Assembly: GCA_964618705.1 (NCBI GenBank)
Contig: CAZUBJ010000001.1
Location: forward strand, 2,050 to 66,049
DNA from: an uncultured Candidatus Saccharibacteria bacterium
GTDB taxonomy: Bacteria; Patescibacteriota; Minisyncoccia; Phycocordibacterales; Phycocordibacteraceae
Direction of reading: 5' to 3'
DNA: 64,000 nt
Below, piece after piece: positions 38,001 through 45,824 of this stretch; the first letter of the stretch is position 1; each line of letters starts with the position of its first letter. Below the pieces are notes generated by a model, which saw only the letters and a list, made by a program, of their open reading frames with translations, made no database searches and was not told the DNA's origin. The translations under genes and the position numbers were made by a program.

Positions 38001-38303
38001 AAGCCCCAGATTCTTGTGAATGAGGGAAGGGTCTGGGCTCACGGTACAAATAATGTAGATAGCTACAATCGTGCAGTTGAGGAATCGCTACGACTAGCAA
38101 AGTTGCCTGGCGCAGCGTCAACGGACGTGTACTTTGTGGTTGAGGGCGTGAATCCTGATACCGGCCAAGCTGAGCTGGTGGTCAGAAAACTTAGCACACC
38201 GCCAGATTCTGTTACCCCGCTTGTTGCGCAATTTGGCCCCGGATCAAAACCTGTCGCTGATCTGCCAGACGCCAGCAAATTTACTCTTCCGACAAAGCGC
38301 TAA
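35043..38303 (+). CDS. Giant membrane protein (1086 aa): coiled-coil N-terminal half, central TM helices, Ala/Pro/Asp-rich repeats and a C-terminal globular region
   Basis: TM and Gly-zipper segments include LLGLTTVGVGGGLVGAAFTVGAGAVLPIPLAIILAGSTV and GYATTVGSIAGGAALGAGVGYAY. Repeats include AKADTAPVEAKVDTAPAAKVDTDTAKADAAPAAKAD. It starts 11 nt after the ATPase gene. Confidence 0.5.
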   Translation: MARTPGENPPRPVTSLTGETGKELVKDVPESSVIPQSTPALPITAKGDKLVVTVTRPKGAAEADTAKTRRGTSGGKKDLPRQRGKKKLVIAEGLPDQEPLVLGDTISEQEVVMGAAKQSFLGGVAKKISGKKLPKYSEEQLAVREQLRTAKESTEGVSLKDESDATLISLRDRDPEPESMPAMRTTHNTPMSEIFGNAPVNPLSPDVNLGEVKDELRRQITDEQARLETEGNTAAEPPARRKETAKEVKERLARKAGGEKANAEYLQKDAELGAAELDRKNAYFAALVEFQKSRSMGDALSERLGAKSADKVEMTEELKALKKEWVQSSKVRAKNRFDSVLARREGRGGEERQARDTEAVLRRFERRYVLREAVFKTSQEEASVRARALSERDSHIVEKTVNGFANHSLVKKWGSKALLGLTTVGVGGGLVGAAFTVGAGAVLPIPLAIILAGSTVSAGLRIRAELLKDKTQDLAEKAKDATGEDKRNILDEVRKAQASQEKAQKWASRLTLSGWAGGAAKWFTRDVVQKATRDSATRKDALGNIGGRVDVDWNSQDDFELLREEIDAATARVQQADVHLGYATTVGSIAGGAALGAGVGYAYSHADDVVRAASPVVDAGIDKAGDAFDSAKEWTGGASHSAKEWLGDHIPGQHDTDAAPSGALKAEVDKGAPAGGGDAPAAKADTAPVEAKVDTAPAAKVDTDTAKADAAPAAKADVVPAPAVPKVEATPTAPDGLMAGVEVKPGQGFGEMIVALRGQIPDDIQNPSPALEHVLNSNANALTHELEVAMDGKSLVMQPGDKFFVDNDQNIWFQQVGEKQPHLAFENVTPSPEHPDGYVAHPIDGKMMADPVLPTPKVVAESVPTTPGAASDIVITSGNEDITVGDVTISQGGGIVDPSLVSTGPEQLVVNPVDSGQDVKPLVQPEKLDTTIPATDAQAPAEAPKADAPAPAPEVQAPKLEIVGTAHPFADPAAGQDLNPNGVDLNKPQILVNEGRVWAHGTNNVDSYNRAVEESLRLAKLPGAASTDVYFVVEGVNPDTGQAELVVRKLSTPPDSVTPLVAQFGPGSKPVADLPDASKFTLPTKR

Positions 38304-38312
38304 TATTCGACC

Positions 38313-38621
38313 ATGACTGACACCACAAAATTCCAACGACTTATAGAAGCGCTCGAGCTCGACGAGCTTGCTCCTGGAGAAGAGCAGGATGAATTGCTCA
38401 CCGACTTAAACGCAGCAATCTTCAAAAGCTCGCTCGTGCGTATGATTGAGAGTATGGACGAGAAGACGCGTGAGGAGTTCGCAACGCTCATGGAGAATGA
38501 GGCGAGCGAGGAGGAGCTTGAAAAGTTTCTGGCAGAGAAAGTTCCTGGCGCTGAGAAGGCAATTGAGGAGGCGGTCGCTTCTATTGCTGATGATATACTT
38601 GCCGTGTCAGACACCGATTAA
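38313..38621 (+). CDS. Small acidic helical protein (102 aa, pI very low)
   Basis: It starts 9 nt after the giant gene. It is rich in E/D/L and has no Trp, so it lacks a WXG motif. Confidence 0.45.
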   Translation: MTDTTKFQRLIEALELDELAPGEEQDELLTDLNAAIFKSSLVRMIESMDEKTREEFATLMENEASEEELEKFLAEKVPGAEKAIEEAVASIADDILAVSDTD

Positions 38622-38647
38622 TCCTATTTGCCCATAGCATCACTGGT

Positions 38648-39178
38648 ATGAATGTCACTGGAACAGGAGTTGCCGTTGCCGTAGCAATTGTCGTCGTAGG
38701 AGGCTTCCTCTTTTTTGGAAGTTCTATTCTAGGATTCTTTGCTCCGCAGCAGGTACTAGGAGAGCCCGAGTTTGCCACTACTACCCTTAGCATGCAAGAA
38801 TCACAGTCTATGAATACAGAAGAATCAGCCGGAGGACTCCCGCAGGAACTCCCAACAACCCTTACCGTTAAGGATACGGTGGTGGGAACTGGGGCAGAAG
38901 CAGTAGCAGGTAAGTCAGTCACTGTGCACTACCTTGGTATGTTGCCAGACGGTACGGTATTTGATGGCTCAAAGAAGCGTGGACAGCCGTTCACCTTCAC
39001 ACTTGGTGCAGGCCAGGTAATTGCAGGATGGGACCAGGGTGTCGCTGGTATGAAAGTTGGTGGAACACGCCAGCTCATCATCCCACCAGATATGGGCTAT
39101 GGAGCACAAGGAGCTGGAGGAGTTATTCCCCCAAACGCAACACTTATCTTTGAAGTTGAGTTGCTTGAAGTGAAGTAA
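38648..39178 (+). CDS. FKBP-type peptidyl-prolyl cis-trans isomerase with N-terminal TM anchor
   Basis: The FKBP core is VHYLGMLPDGTVFDGS...FTLGAGQVIAGWDQGVAGMKVGGTRQLIIPPDMGYG...LIFEVELLEV. Confidence 0.85.
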   Translation: MNVTGTGVAVAVAIVVVGGFLFFGSSILGFFAPQQVLGEPEFATTTLSMQESQSMNTEESAGGLPQELPTTLTVKDTVVGTGAEAVAGKSVTVHYLGMLPDGTVFDGSKKRGQPFTFTLGAGQVIAGWDQGVAGMKVGGTRQLIIPPDMGYGAQGAGGVIPPNATLIFEVELLEVK

Positions 39179-39201
39179 TAGAGAGTCGCATATAAAAAGA
39201 A

Positions 39202-39234
39202 ATCGCGCGTGTGGCCGGGGGCCGCACGCGCGAT
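39202..39234 (+). terminator. Rho-independent terminator after FKBP (ATCGCGCGTG-N13-CACGCGCGAT plus a GTTCTGTTCT tail)
   Basis: A 10-bp inverted repeat is preceded by AAAAAGAA and followed by a T-rich run. Confidence 0.5.
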
Positions 39235-39265
39235 GTTCTGTTCTAGACCCAGAAGGTCAGAACAG

Positions 39266-39904
39266 CTAGTCGTAGGTCGGGGGGTCTTCACCCGGGGCCA
39301 GCACCTTGATGGGCTTGCCCTTCATGCCGGGGAGTTGAATCCCCACCAGGCTGCCGACGATGTCGTCGTGCCGCTTGATCATCTCGGTCACGCAGTTTGC
39401 GTGAGCCGACATGAGGATCATGCCGACCTGCTGGTCCGCCGCCTCGAGGGAGGCGAACATGCCGGTGCCGGTGGTGAGGCCGACGACCTGCTGGAAGGTG
39501 TCCGCGGTCGGTGCCTTGAAGGCCAAGACCGTGCTGAGGACGGAGCCCAGGATTTGGGCACTGCCAGCACGTCCTCCACGCTTCAGGACCGTCAAGCCGA
39601 CTTCATCGACGTACTCGATGATGCCGGTGGCGCAGAAGTTATTGATTTGCGCCAGGGCGAAGTTCTCCTCCATGGTCAGGACGGTGCGCCGATGGAGCAC
39701 GCCCTTGGAGTCGAAGCCGTCGTCGATCAGCACCGTGTAGTTGATGGTGCGGAGCGCCGTGGTGATGGCGGCCTTGGGGTCCGGCAGTTGTTGGGCCGCC
39801 GCTTCACGAACGGAAGCGTCGGGTCCGAGTCCACCGCCGAGGCCTCCAGTGGTGCTGCAGGCAGCGAGCAGGCAGGTGGCGGCGACGAGGGCAAGAGCCT
39901 TCAT
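39266..39904 (-). CDS. Lipoprotein (hypothetical) in a GC-rich islet
   Basis: A signal peptide plus the lipobox LLAAC|S is present. The region 39200-39960 runs at about 62% GC, against about 50% in neighbouring genes. Confidence 0.5.
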   Translation of the reverse strand: MKALALVAATCLLAACSTTGGLGGGLGPDASVREAAAQQLPDPKAAITTALRTINYTVLIDDGFDSKGVLHRRTVLTMEENFALAQINNFCATGIIEYVDEVGLTVLKRGGRAGSAQILGSVLSTVLAFKAPTADTFQQVVGLTTGTGMFASLEAADQQVGMILMSAHANCVTEMIKRHDDIVGSLVGIQLPGMKGKPIKVLAPGEDPPTYD

Positions 39905-40091
39905 TCCGCGCGAGATCAAGGTATTCATCGAAGGTCTCCCTGTTGCGATGATTGGTTGATGCCCGTTCCAACGATATTCTGTGTGGAAAGAGCGTACTCC
40001 TATAGTATATACAAGTTAGACACTCTTGTCAAGTTGACTAGACGCCCGAAAATACTTGCTAAATGGGCGGTTCCCGCCTAGTCTCCTATAT

Positions 40092-41327
40092 ATGCGACCC
40101 ATTCGGTTTACGGTTACCGCTCGGGAGGGCAAGGCACGCGCAGGCGTCCTATCTACTCCTCATGGCGACATACGCACCCCGGCCTTTGTGCCGGTCGGTA
40201 CTAAGGCCGGAGTAAAAGGCATTCTCCCTGCCCAGCTTGAGACCCTTGGTTCCCAGGTGGTGCTCGCTAATACCTATCACCTGTATCTGCAGCCAGGTGA
40301 GAAGCTTGTAGAGGATTCCGGAGGGTTGGGGAAGTTCATGGGATTTGCCGGCCCAACGATAACTGATTCAGGAGGCTTCCAAGTGTTCTCGCTTGGTGCT
40401 GGGTTCGGAAAGAGCTTTCAAACGGTGCGAGAGGACGACAAGAACCGTGAAGAAGAAGGCGTTACGCTGTACGACGAGGATGTACAAACCCAACACGGAC
40501 AGCTCGCGATTATTGATGAAGAGGGTGTGACGTTTACGTCGCACATTGATGGTTCACTCCATCGTTTTACGCCAGAGCGCTCGGTAGAGATTCAGCACGC
40601 GCTTGGGGCAGATATCTTCTTTGCATTTGATGAGTGCACTGCGCCAGACGCTCCGTACGAGTATCAAAAGGAAGCAATGTACCGCACACACCGCTGGGCC
40701 GACCGTAGTCTAAAAGCACATCGGCAGAACATCACTGCTAATCAGCAGCAAGGACTCTACGGCATTGGTCAGGGCGGGCAGTTTGCAGACCTGCGTAAGG
40801 AAAGCACCAAAGCAATCGTTGAGATGGGCTTTGATGGGTTTGGACTTGGCGGCTCGTTTAGTAAAAAGTACGGAGAGAGTATGTTGCCGCTCGCACTTGA
40901 GGCATTGGTGGACGTGCCAGAGGACATGCCACGCCACGGGCTTGGGGTGGGAGAGCCTGGCGACTTGCTCCTTGGTATCGCGCACGGCGTGGACACGTTT
41001 GACTGTGTGTCTCCAACGCGCCATGGACGCCACGGAGTGCTCTATACCAAACGAGGCACGCTCAACATCACCAACGAGAAGTACAAGAATGACCTCACGA
41101 CGCTCGGCGAGTTGTGTCTCCCGGGCACCCTTCCATCAGGAAGTGAGCAGTTCACCCTCGCCTACGTGGCGCACCAGTTTAGGAGTGGGGAAATGCTCGG
41201 ACCCATCATTGCCTCACTCCACAATGTGGCCTTCCTTACGCGCCTTGTAGACGGCGCACGCGAGGCAATCGAACAGGGAACGTTCAGCGACTACCAGCAA
41301 AACTTCGCACGCGAGTACTACGGATAA
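40092..41327 (+). CDS. tgt: Queuine tRNA-ribosyltransferase
   Basis: FMPVGT-like (FVPVGTKAG), DSGGFQ and the DEC motif (FAFDECT) identify it. Zn-binding residues lie near CVSPTRHGRHG. I chose the start at ATG 40092. Confidence 0.85.
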   Translation: MRPIRFTVTAREGKARAGVLSTPHGDIRTPAFVPVGTKAGVKGILPAQLETLGSQVVLANTYHLYLQPGEKLVEDSGGLGKFMGFAGPTITDSGGFQVFSLGAGFGKSFQTVREDDKNREEEGVTLYDEDVQTQHGQLAIIDEEGVTFTSHIDGSLHRFTPERSVEIQHALGADIFFAFDECTAPDAPYEYQKEAMYRTHRWADRSLKAHRQNITANQQQGLYGIGQGGQFADLRKESTKAIVEMGFDGFGLGGSFSKKYGESMLPLALEALVDVPEDMPRHGLGVGEPGDLLLGIAHGVDTFDCVSPTRHGRHGVLYTKRGTLNITNEKYKNDLTTLGELCLPGTLPSGSEQFTLAYVAHQFRSGEMLGPIIASLHNVAFLTRLVDGAREAIEQGTFSDYQQNFAREYYG

Positions 41328-41362
41328 CGAAAGGAGGTGAGTGTGGTATCGTCTTTCTATCT

Positions 41363-43450
41363 ATGGCGAACTTTAAGCTCCATACCCCCTTTCCTCCAGC
41401 TGGTGACCAACCGGTGGCTATTGCCACACTCACCGAAGGATTGAAGGAGGGTATGCGTCACCAGACACTGCTTGGTGTGACCGGCTCAGGAAAGACGTTC
41501 ACTGCAGCAAATGTGATTGCTAACTTTGATAAGCCAACACTTGTGCTGGCACACAACAAGACGCTCGCTGCGCAGCTGGCCCAAGAGTACAAGGAATTCT
41601 TCCCTGAGAACGCCGTGCACTACTTTGTGTCGTACTACGACTACTATCAGCCGGAAGCGTACCTCGCGCATTCCGACACTTATATTGAGAAGGAAGCACA
41701 GATTAACGCGGAGATTGACCGTTTGCGTCATGCTGCTACCCAGGCGCTCCTGACGCGCAAAGACGTCATCATTGTGGCGTCAGTGTCTGCCATTTACGGA
41801 CTCGGCTCTCCTGCACAGTACGAGAAGGTGCACATAAAGCTCGTGAAGGGCGCTCCAGAGAATCGGGCTGCACTCATTCGTAAATTGATTGATATTCATT
41901 TCAACCGAACTCCAGCAGACCTTTCGCCAGGGCAGCTGCGCGCAGTAGGTAACACCGTAGAGCTTATGCCAGTGAACGAGCGTGCCCTCTATCGCATCTC
42001 CTTTGATGGAGAGAACATCGCCTTTATTGAACACCTCGACCCTGTCTCGCGCGCGAAAATTGGTGAGCTGGATTCCTTATTCATATTCCCTGCAAAGCAC
42101 TTTGTGGCTAACGAAGAGGAGCGCCTACGCGCCGTGGACGATATCAAGCAAGAGCTTGAGGAGCGCCTTGCAGAGCTGAAGCGCGAAGAGAAGCCGCTTG
42201 AGTACGAGCGGTTGAAGCGTCGCACCACGCACGACTTGGCCATGATTCGCGAAGTTGGGTACACCAACGGCATTGAGAACTACTCACGCCACTTTGACGG
42301 CCGTGCTCAAGGCGAGGCTCCCGACACACTACTGTCCTATTTCCCACACAAGAAGGACGGGTCCGCAGACTTCCTCACCATCATTGATGAGTCGCACGTT
42401 ACCGTGACCCAGATTGGTGGTATGTACGCGGGTGACCGCTCGCGCAAGGACGCGCTTGTTGAATTCGGCTTCCGCCTACCGAGTGCTCGCGATAACCGCC
42501 CACTTCGATTCGAGGAGTTTGAGGCGCGCGTAGGGCAGACCATCTATACAAGCGCTACGCCAGGTAATTACGAGCGCGAGCACAGCGTTCCGCCGGATGG
42601 GCAAGTGGCGGAGCAAATCATTCGCCCTACAGGCCTCATTGACCCTGAGCTCGTCATTCGACCGATTGTTGGTACCGATACGTATCCTGGGCAGGTGGCG
42701 GACTTTATCGCGGAGTCGGAGAAGACTATCAGTGGTGGCGGGCGTGTGCTTGCTACAACACTCACCAAGCAGATGGCAGAGGACCTCTCTGACTTCCTAA
42801 AGCAAAAGGGTATGAAGGCTGAATACTTGCACAGCGACATTAAGACCATTGAGCGTATCGATATTCTGACCGCTTTCCGCAAGGGCCTGTTTGACGTGCT
42901 GGTTGGTGTGAATCTGCTTCGCGAAGGACTCGACCTGCCAGAGGTGGAACTTGTGGGCATTTTGGATGCAGATAAAGAAGGCTTCCTGCGCTCAGAGACA
43001 TCACTCATTCAGACGATTGGACGCGCTGCGCGCAACGTCCTTGGGCGTGTGATTCTCTACGCAGACGGTATGACTGGTTCTATGGAGCGCGCCATTGGGG
43101 AGACAGAGCGCAGACGCACCAAGCAGCTTGCATACAACAAAAAGCACGGCATTACCCCTATCACGATTAAGAAGGAGATTCGCGACATTGCGGAGAGTAT
43201 GCGCAGCGAGCACCAGAAGACGGTGGATTCGCTCCTCGTACTCGATAGCAAACTATTTGAGGAGGACCCAGAGACGTTCATTGCAGACAAGCGTCTCCAG
43301 ATGGGTGAGGCGGTTGAAGCACTCGACTTTGAGACCGCCGCTATCATTCGCGACGAGATCTATAAGCTTGAGGGCAAGATTGTACCGCCACCTCCGTCAA
43401 AGAATCCGGTACATAAGAAAAAGAAAGGCAATTGGACCGTGATAGAGTAA
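41363..43450 (+). CDS. uvrB: Excinuclease ABC subunit B
   Basis: GVTGSGKT, DESH and helicase motifs are present, together with the C-terminal UvrB-UvrC interaction coiled-coil (AAIIRDEI). Confidence 0.9.
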   Translation: MANFKLHTPFPPAGDQPVAIATLTEGLKEGMRHQTLLGVTGSGKTFTAANVIANFDKPTLVLAHNKTLAAQLAQEYKEFFPENAVHYFVSYYDYYQPEAYLAHSDTYIEKEAQINAEIDRLRHAATQALLTRKDVIIVASVSAIYGLGSPAQYEKVHIKLVKGAPENRAALIRKLIDIHFNRTPADLSPGQLRAVGNTVELMPVNERALYRISFDGENIAFIEHLDPVSRAKIGELDSLFIFPAKHFVANEEERLRAVDDIKQELEERLAELKREEKPLEYERLKRRTTHDLAMIREVGYTNGIENYSRHFDGRAQGEAPDTLLSYFPHKKDGSADFLTIIDESHVTVTQIGGMYAGDRSRKDALVEFGFRLPSARDNRPLRFEEFEARVGQTIYTSATPGNYEREHSVPPDGQVAEQIIRPTGLIDPELVIRPIVGTDTYPGQVADFIAESEKTISGGGRVLATTLTKQMAEDLSDFLKQKGMKAEYLHSDIKTIERIDILTAFRKGLFDVLVGVNLLREGLDLPEVELVGILDADKEGFLRSETSLIQTIGRAARNVLGRVILYADGMTGSMERAIGETERRRTKQLAYNKKHGITPITIKKEIRDIAESMRSEHQKTVDSLLVLDSKLFEEDPETFIADKRLQMGEAVEALDFETAAIIRDEIYKLEGKIVPPPPSKNPVHKKKKGNWTVIE

Positions 43451-43456
43451 AGACAT

Positions 43457-44551
43457 ATGAGTCTTCGGGGCCTGTTCGGCGTCCTTCTGGTAGGTATTCT
43501 GTTAGCTACCTTTGCCGTAGTGCTTCCGTCGTTTCTGTTTCTGCAGAATCAACTCGGGGTGATATTTCCCGCTGAGCTTGTTTCGCAATCAAGTGGTTCG
43601 CTCTACATACTTCTGGCATGGCAGGCAATCATCACTATTGGTGTTCTTGCAGTCCTGCTCCTCGTGTTCTATGTACTGCTTGAACGCTTCATCATTACCC
43701 CGCTGAAGCTTGTAGTAAGTGCCATGGAAGCTTTTGCTGTCTCGGGCGAACGTCTTCCCCTTCCACGTATTAAGAACCTACCGCAGGAACTGCAGACGGT
43801 TACTAAGGCGTTTGATCAAGTTGTTGATAGGGTTGAGATTTCGCACAAGAAGGATGTGGAGGTCTCGCGTGTTAAGTCAGACTTTATATCAACCGCAGCG
43901 CACCAGCTACGAACACCGCTTACTGGTATTCGTTGGGCGCTTGAAGCACTAGAAAAGAGTGACTTGAGCGAGGATCACCAAGCACTTGTCAAAAGCGCCA
44001 AGGACAAAAGTCATGAACTGGTAGCCATTGTCGGCACGCTTCTTGATATCTCTGCTATTGAGTCCGGTAAATACAAGTACACGTTTGAGACAATCGCAAT
44101 CGAGGATATGGCGGAGGAAGTCGTCCGTGACTTTATGCCAATGGCACAGAAAGCCCAAGTCAGTGTGTATGTGGAGCGAAGCACTCAAACTGCACGCGTA
44201 CGAGCAGATAAGGAGCGCATCAAGTGGGTTTTGAATAACTTGATTGAGAATGCTATTCGGTACACACCAGCAGGAGGTACTGTGCGTATATCAAGTAGTG
44301 AGCGGTCGGGTAAGGTGTTTCTACAAGTCCGGGACAGTGGCATCGGTATAGCCCCGGAAGATCGCGACAACATCTTTGAGCGTTTCTACCGAGCCCAGAA
44401 CGCAATTGCTATCCAGAACGGAGGGAATGGGCTTGGTCTCTACATTGCCCGCACCATCGCCACCGACCACGGCGGGGACCTAACATTTGCAGCGAATGAG
44501 GACGGAATAGGGACCACGTTTACGTTGACTGTGCCAATTGCGGAGCGGTAG
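43457..44551 (+). CDS. Sensor histidine kinase (two TM helices, HisKA plus HATPase_c)
   Basis: The H-box is AAHQLRTPLTGI. The N, G1 and G2 boxes are NLIENAIRYT, DSGIGI and GNGLGL. Confidence 0.8.
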   Translation: MSLRGLFGVLLVGILLATFAVVLPSFLFLQNQLGVIFPAELVSQSSGSLYILLAWQAIITIGVLAVLLLVFYVLLERFIITPLKLVVSAMEAFAVSGERLPLPRIKNLPQELQTVTKAFDQVVDRVEISHKKDVEVSRVKSDFISTAAHQLRTPLTGIRWALEALEKSDLSEDHQALVKSAKDKSHELVAIVGTLLDISAIESGKYKYTFETIAIEDMAEEVVRDFMPMAQKAQVSVYVERSTQTARVRADKERIKWVLNNLIENAIRYTPAGGTVRISSSERSGKVFLQVRDSGIGIAPEDRDNIFERFYRAQNAIAIQNGGNGLGLYIARTIATDHGGDLTFAANEDGIGTTFTLTVPIAER

Positions 44552-44573
44552 GAGGGCGGTATACTTGGTACAT

Positions 44574-44966
44574 ATGACTGATACCAAATTCATTCTCGTG
44601 GTTGAGGATGATCCCATCCTTAAGAACCTGCTAGGGCATACACTTGCTGGTAAGTACCAGACGCTCTATGCGAATGACGGAAACGAGGCTATCGCGCTGT
44701 TTGATCAGTACAAGCCATCAATCGTGTTGCTCGATCTCATGCTGCCAACCATGGACGGGTTCGCAGTGCTTGAAAGTATTCGTAAGCACGAGGGGCCAGA
44801 GAAGAACACCCCCATCATCATTGTGTCTAACCTCGGACAGCAGAAAGACATTGAGCGCGCAAAGGCACTTGGTGCGAACGATTACCTTGTAAAGGCAGAA
44901 GTCGCCATCGAGGAAATCATCGGAAAGATTGAGAACTTGCTTGCACAACAAGCACCTGCTGCATAG
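44574..44966 (+). CDS. Response regulator, receiver domain only (CheY-like)
   Basis: ILVVEDD...DLMLP carries the phospho-acceptor Asp, and no output domain follows. I chose the start at ATG 44574. Confidence 0.75.
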   Translation: MTDTKFILVVEDDPILKNLLGHTLAGKYQTLYANDGNEAIALFDQYKPSIVLLDLMLPTMDGFAVLESIRKHEGPEKNTPIIIVSNLGQQKDIERAKALGANDYLVKAEVAIEEIIGKIENLLAQQAPAA

Positions 44967-44969
44967 AGC

Positions 44970-45764
44970 ATGTTTGGTGAACAAACTCCCAAGTCGATAT
45001 CGAAGCTACCCACCCAATCTGCAGGGGAGCACACACTTAAGCCCATAGCACTTAAGGAAGCAGACCCAACGCGTTCTTCTCAGCTGCCGCTTACAGGCAA
45101 TATGCAACATACAGTTGACTTTGATGCGAGAGCAAGACCACACACGATAGGCGTGCACGAGTCAGGAGAATATGTTGAATTGCGAAAGGATCCGAAAGTG
45201 CAAATGGCCGTGGCACTACTGGCTAAAGGCATTGTTCCTGTTGCCGACGTGGTGCAACTCCAAGACAAGCCAGAAAAGCATTACTCAAAAGTAATGCCGC
45301 TTGAGCGCATTGGGCAAAAGACAGCAGAGAGCGAACTGCTAGCGTATCTTGAGTTCATGAATCTTGTGTTTGGGGATGCAGACCATAGAAAAAGCCGCGG
45401 GGCACCTCATAACTACGTGTACACGGACGGGAAAGCAGCACTCTACGATTTTGGTGATGTAGATCTGAACATGGAGTTTCGAGGACTATTCCCACCGCGT
45501 CAGGCCGAGCACACTGTGGAATCCTTAGTTCACCTTAAAGAACTTTTGGCACAATTTCAGGCCAGAATTGAGGGAGAGGAGGGCGAGAAATTTATAGAAT
45601 CTGTCCTCGAGCATGCGCGCCTACAACCCTCAGATTTGCTTGGAAGAGAGGGTACGCGTTCCGTTAATGATATTCAGGAGGTGCTTCTGTCGCGCACAAA
45701 TCGGTCTATGCTTATTGCTGAGAACGAGCGACGAGAATTGCTGGCGGCATCGGAAGCCAAGTAG
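44970..45764 (+). CDS. Hypothetical protein (264 aa)
   Basis: It lies in the operon 3 nt after the receiver gene. I recognise no domain. Confidence 0.4.
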   Translation: MFGEQTPKSISKLPTQSAGEHTLKPIALKEADPTRSSQLPLTGNMQHTVDFDARARPHTIGVHESGEYVELRKDPKVQMAVALLAKGIVPVADVVQLQDKPEKHYSKVMPLERIGQKTAESELLAYLEFMNLVFGDADHRKSRGAPHNYVYTDGKAALYDFGDVDLNMEFRGLFPPRQAEHTVESLVHLKELLAQFQARIEGEEGEKFIESVLEHARLQPSDLLGREGTRSVNDIQEVLLSRTNRSMLIAENERRELLAASEAK

Positions 45765-45824
45765 AGTGGTCTGTGATACAGTGCACTAGTACCAGTCCCG
45801 CCACGGACTGGCCATTTCCATAGT

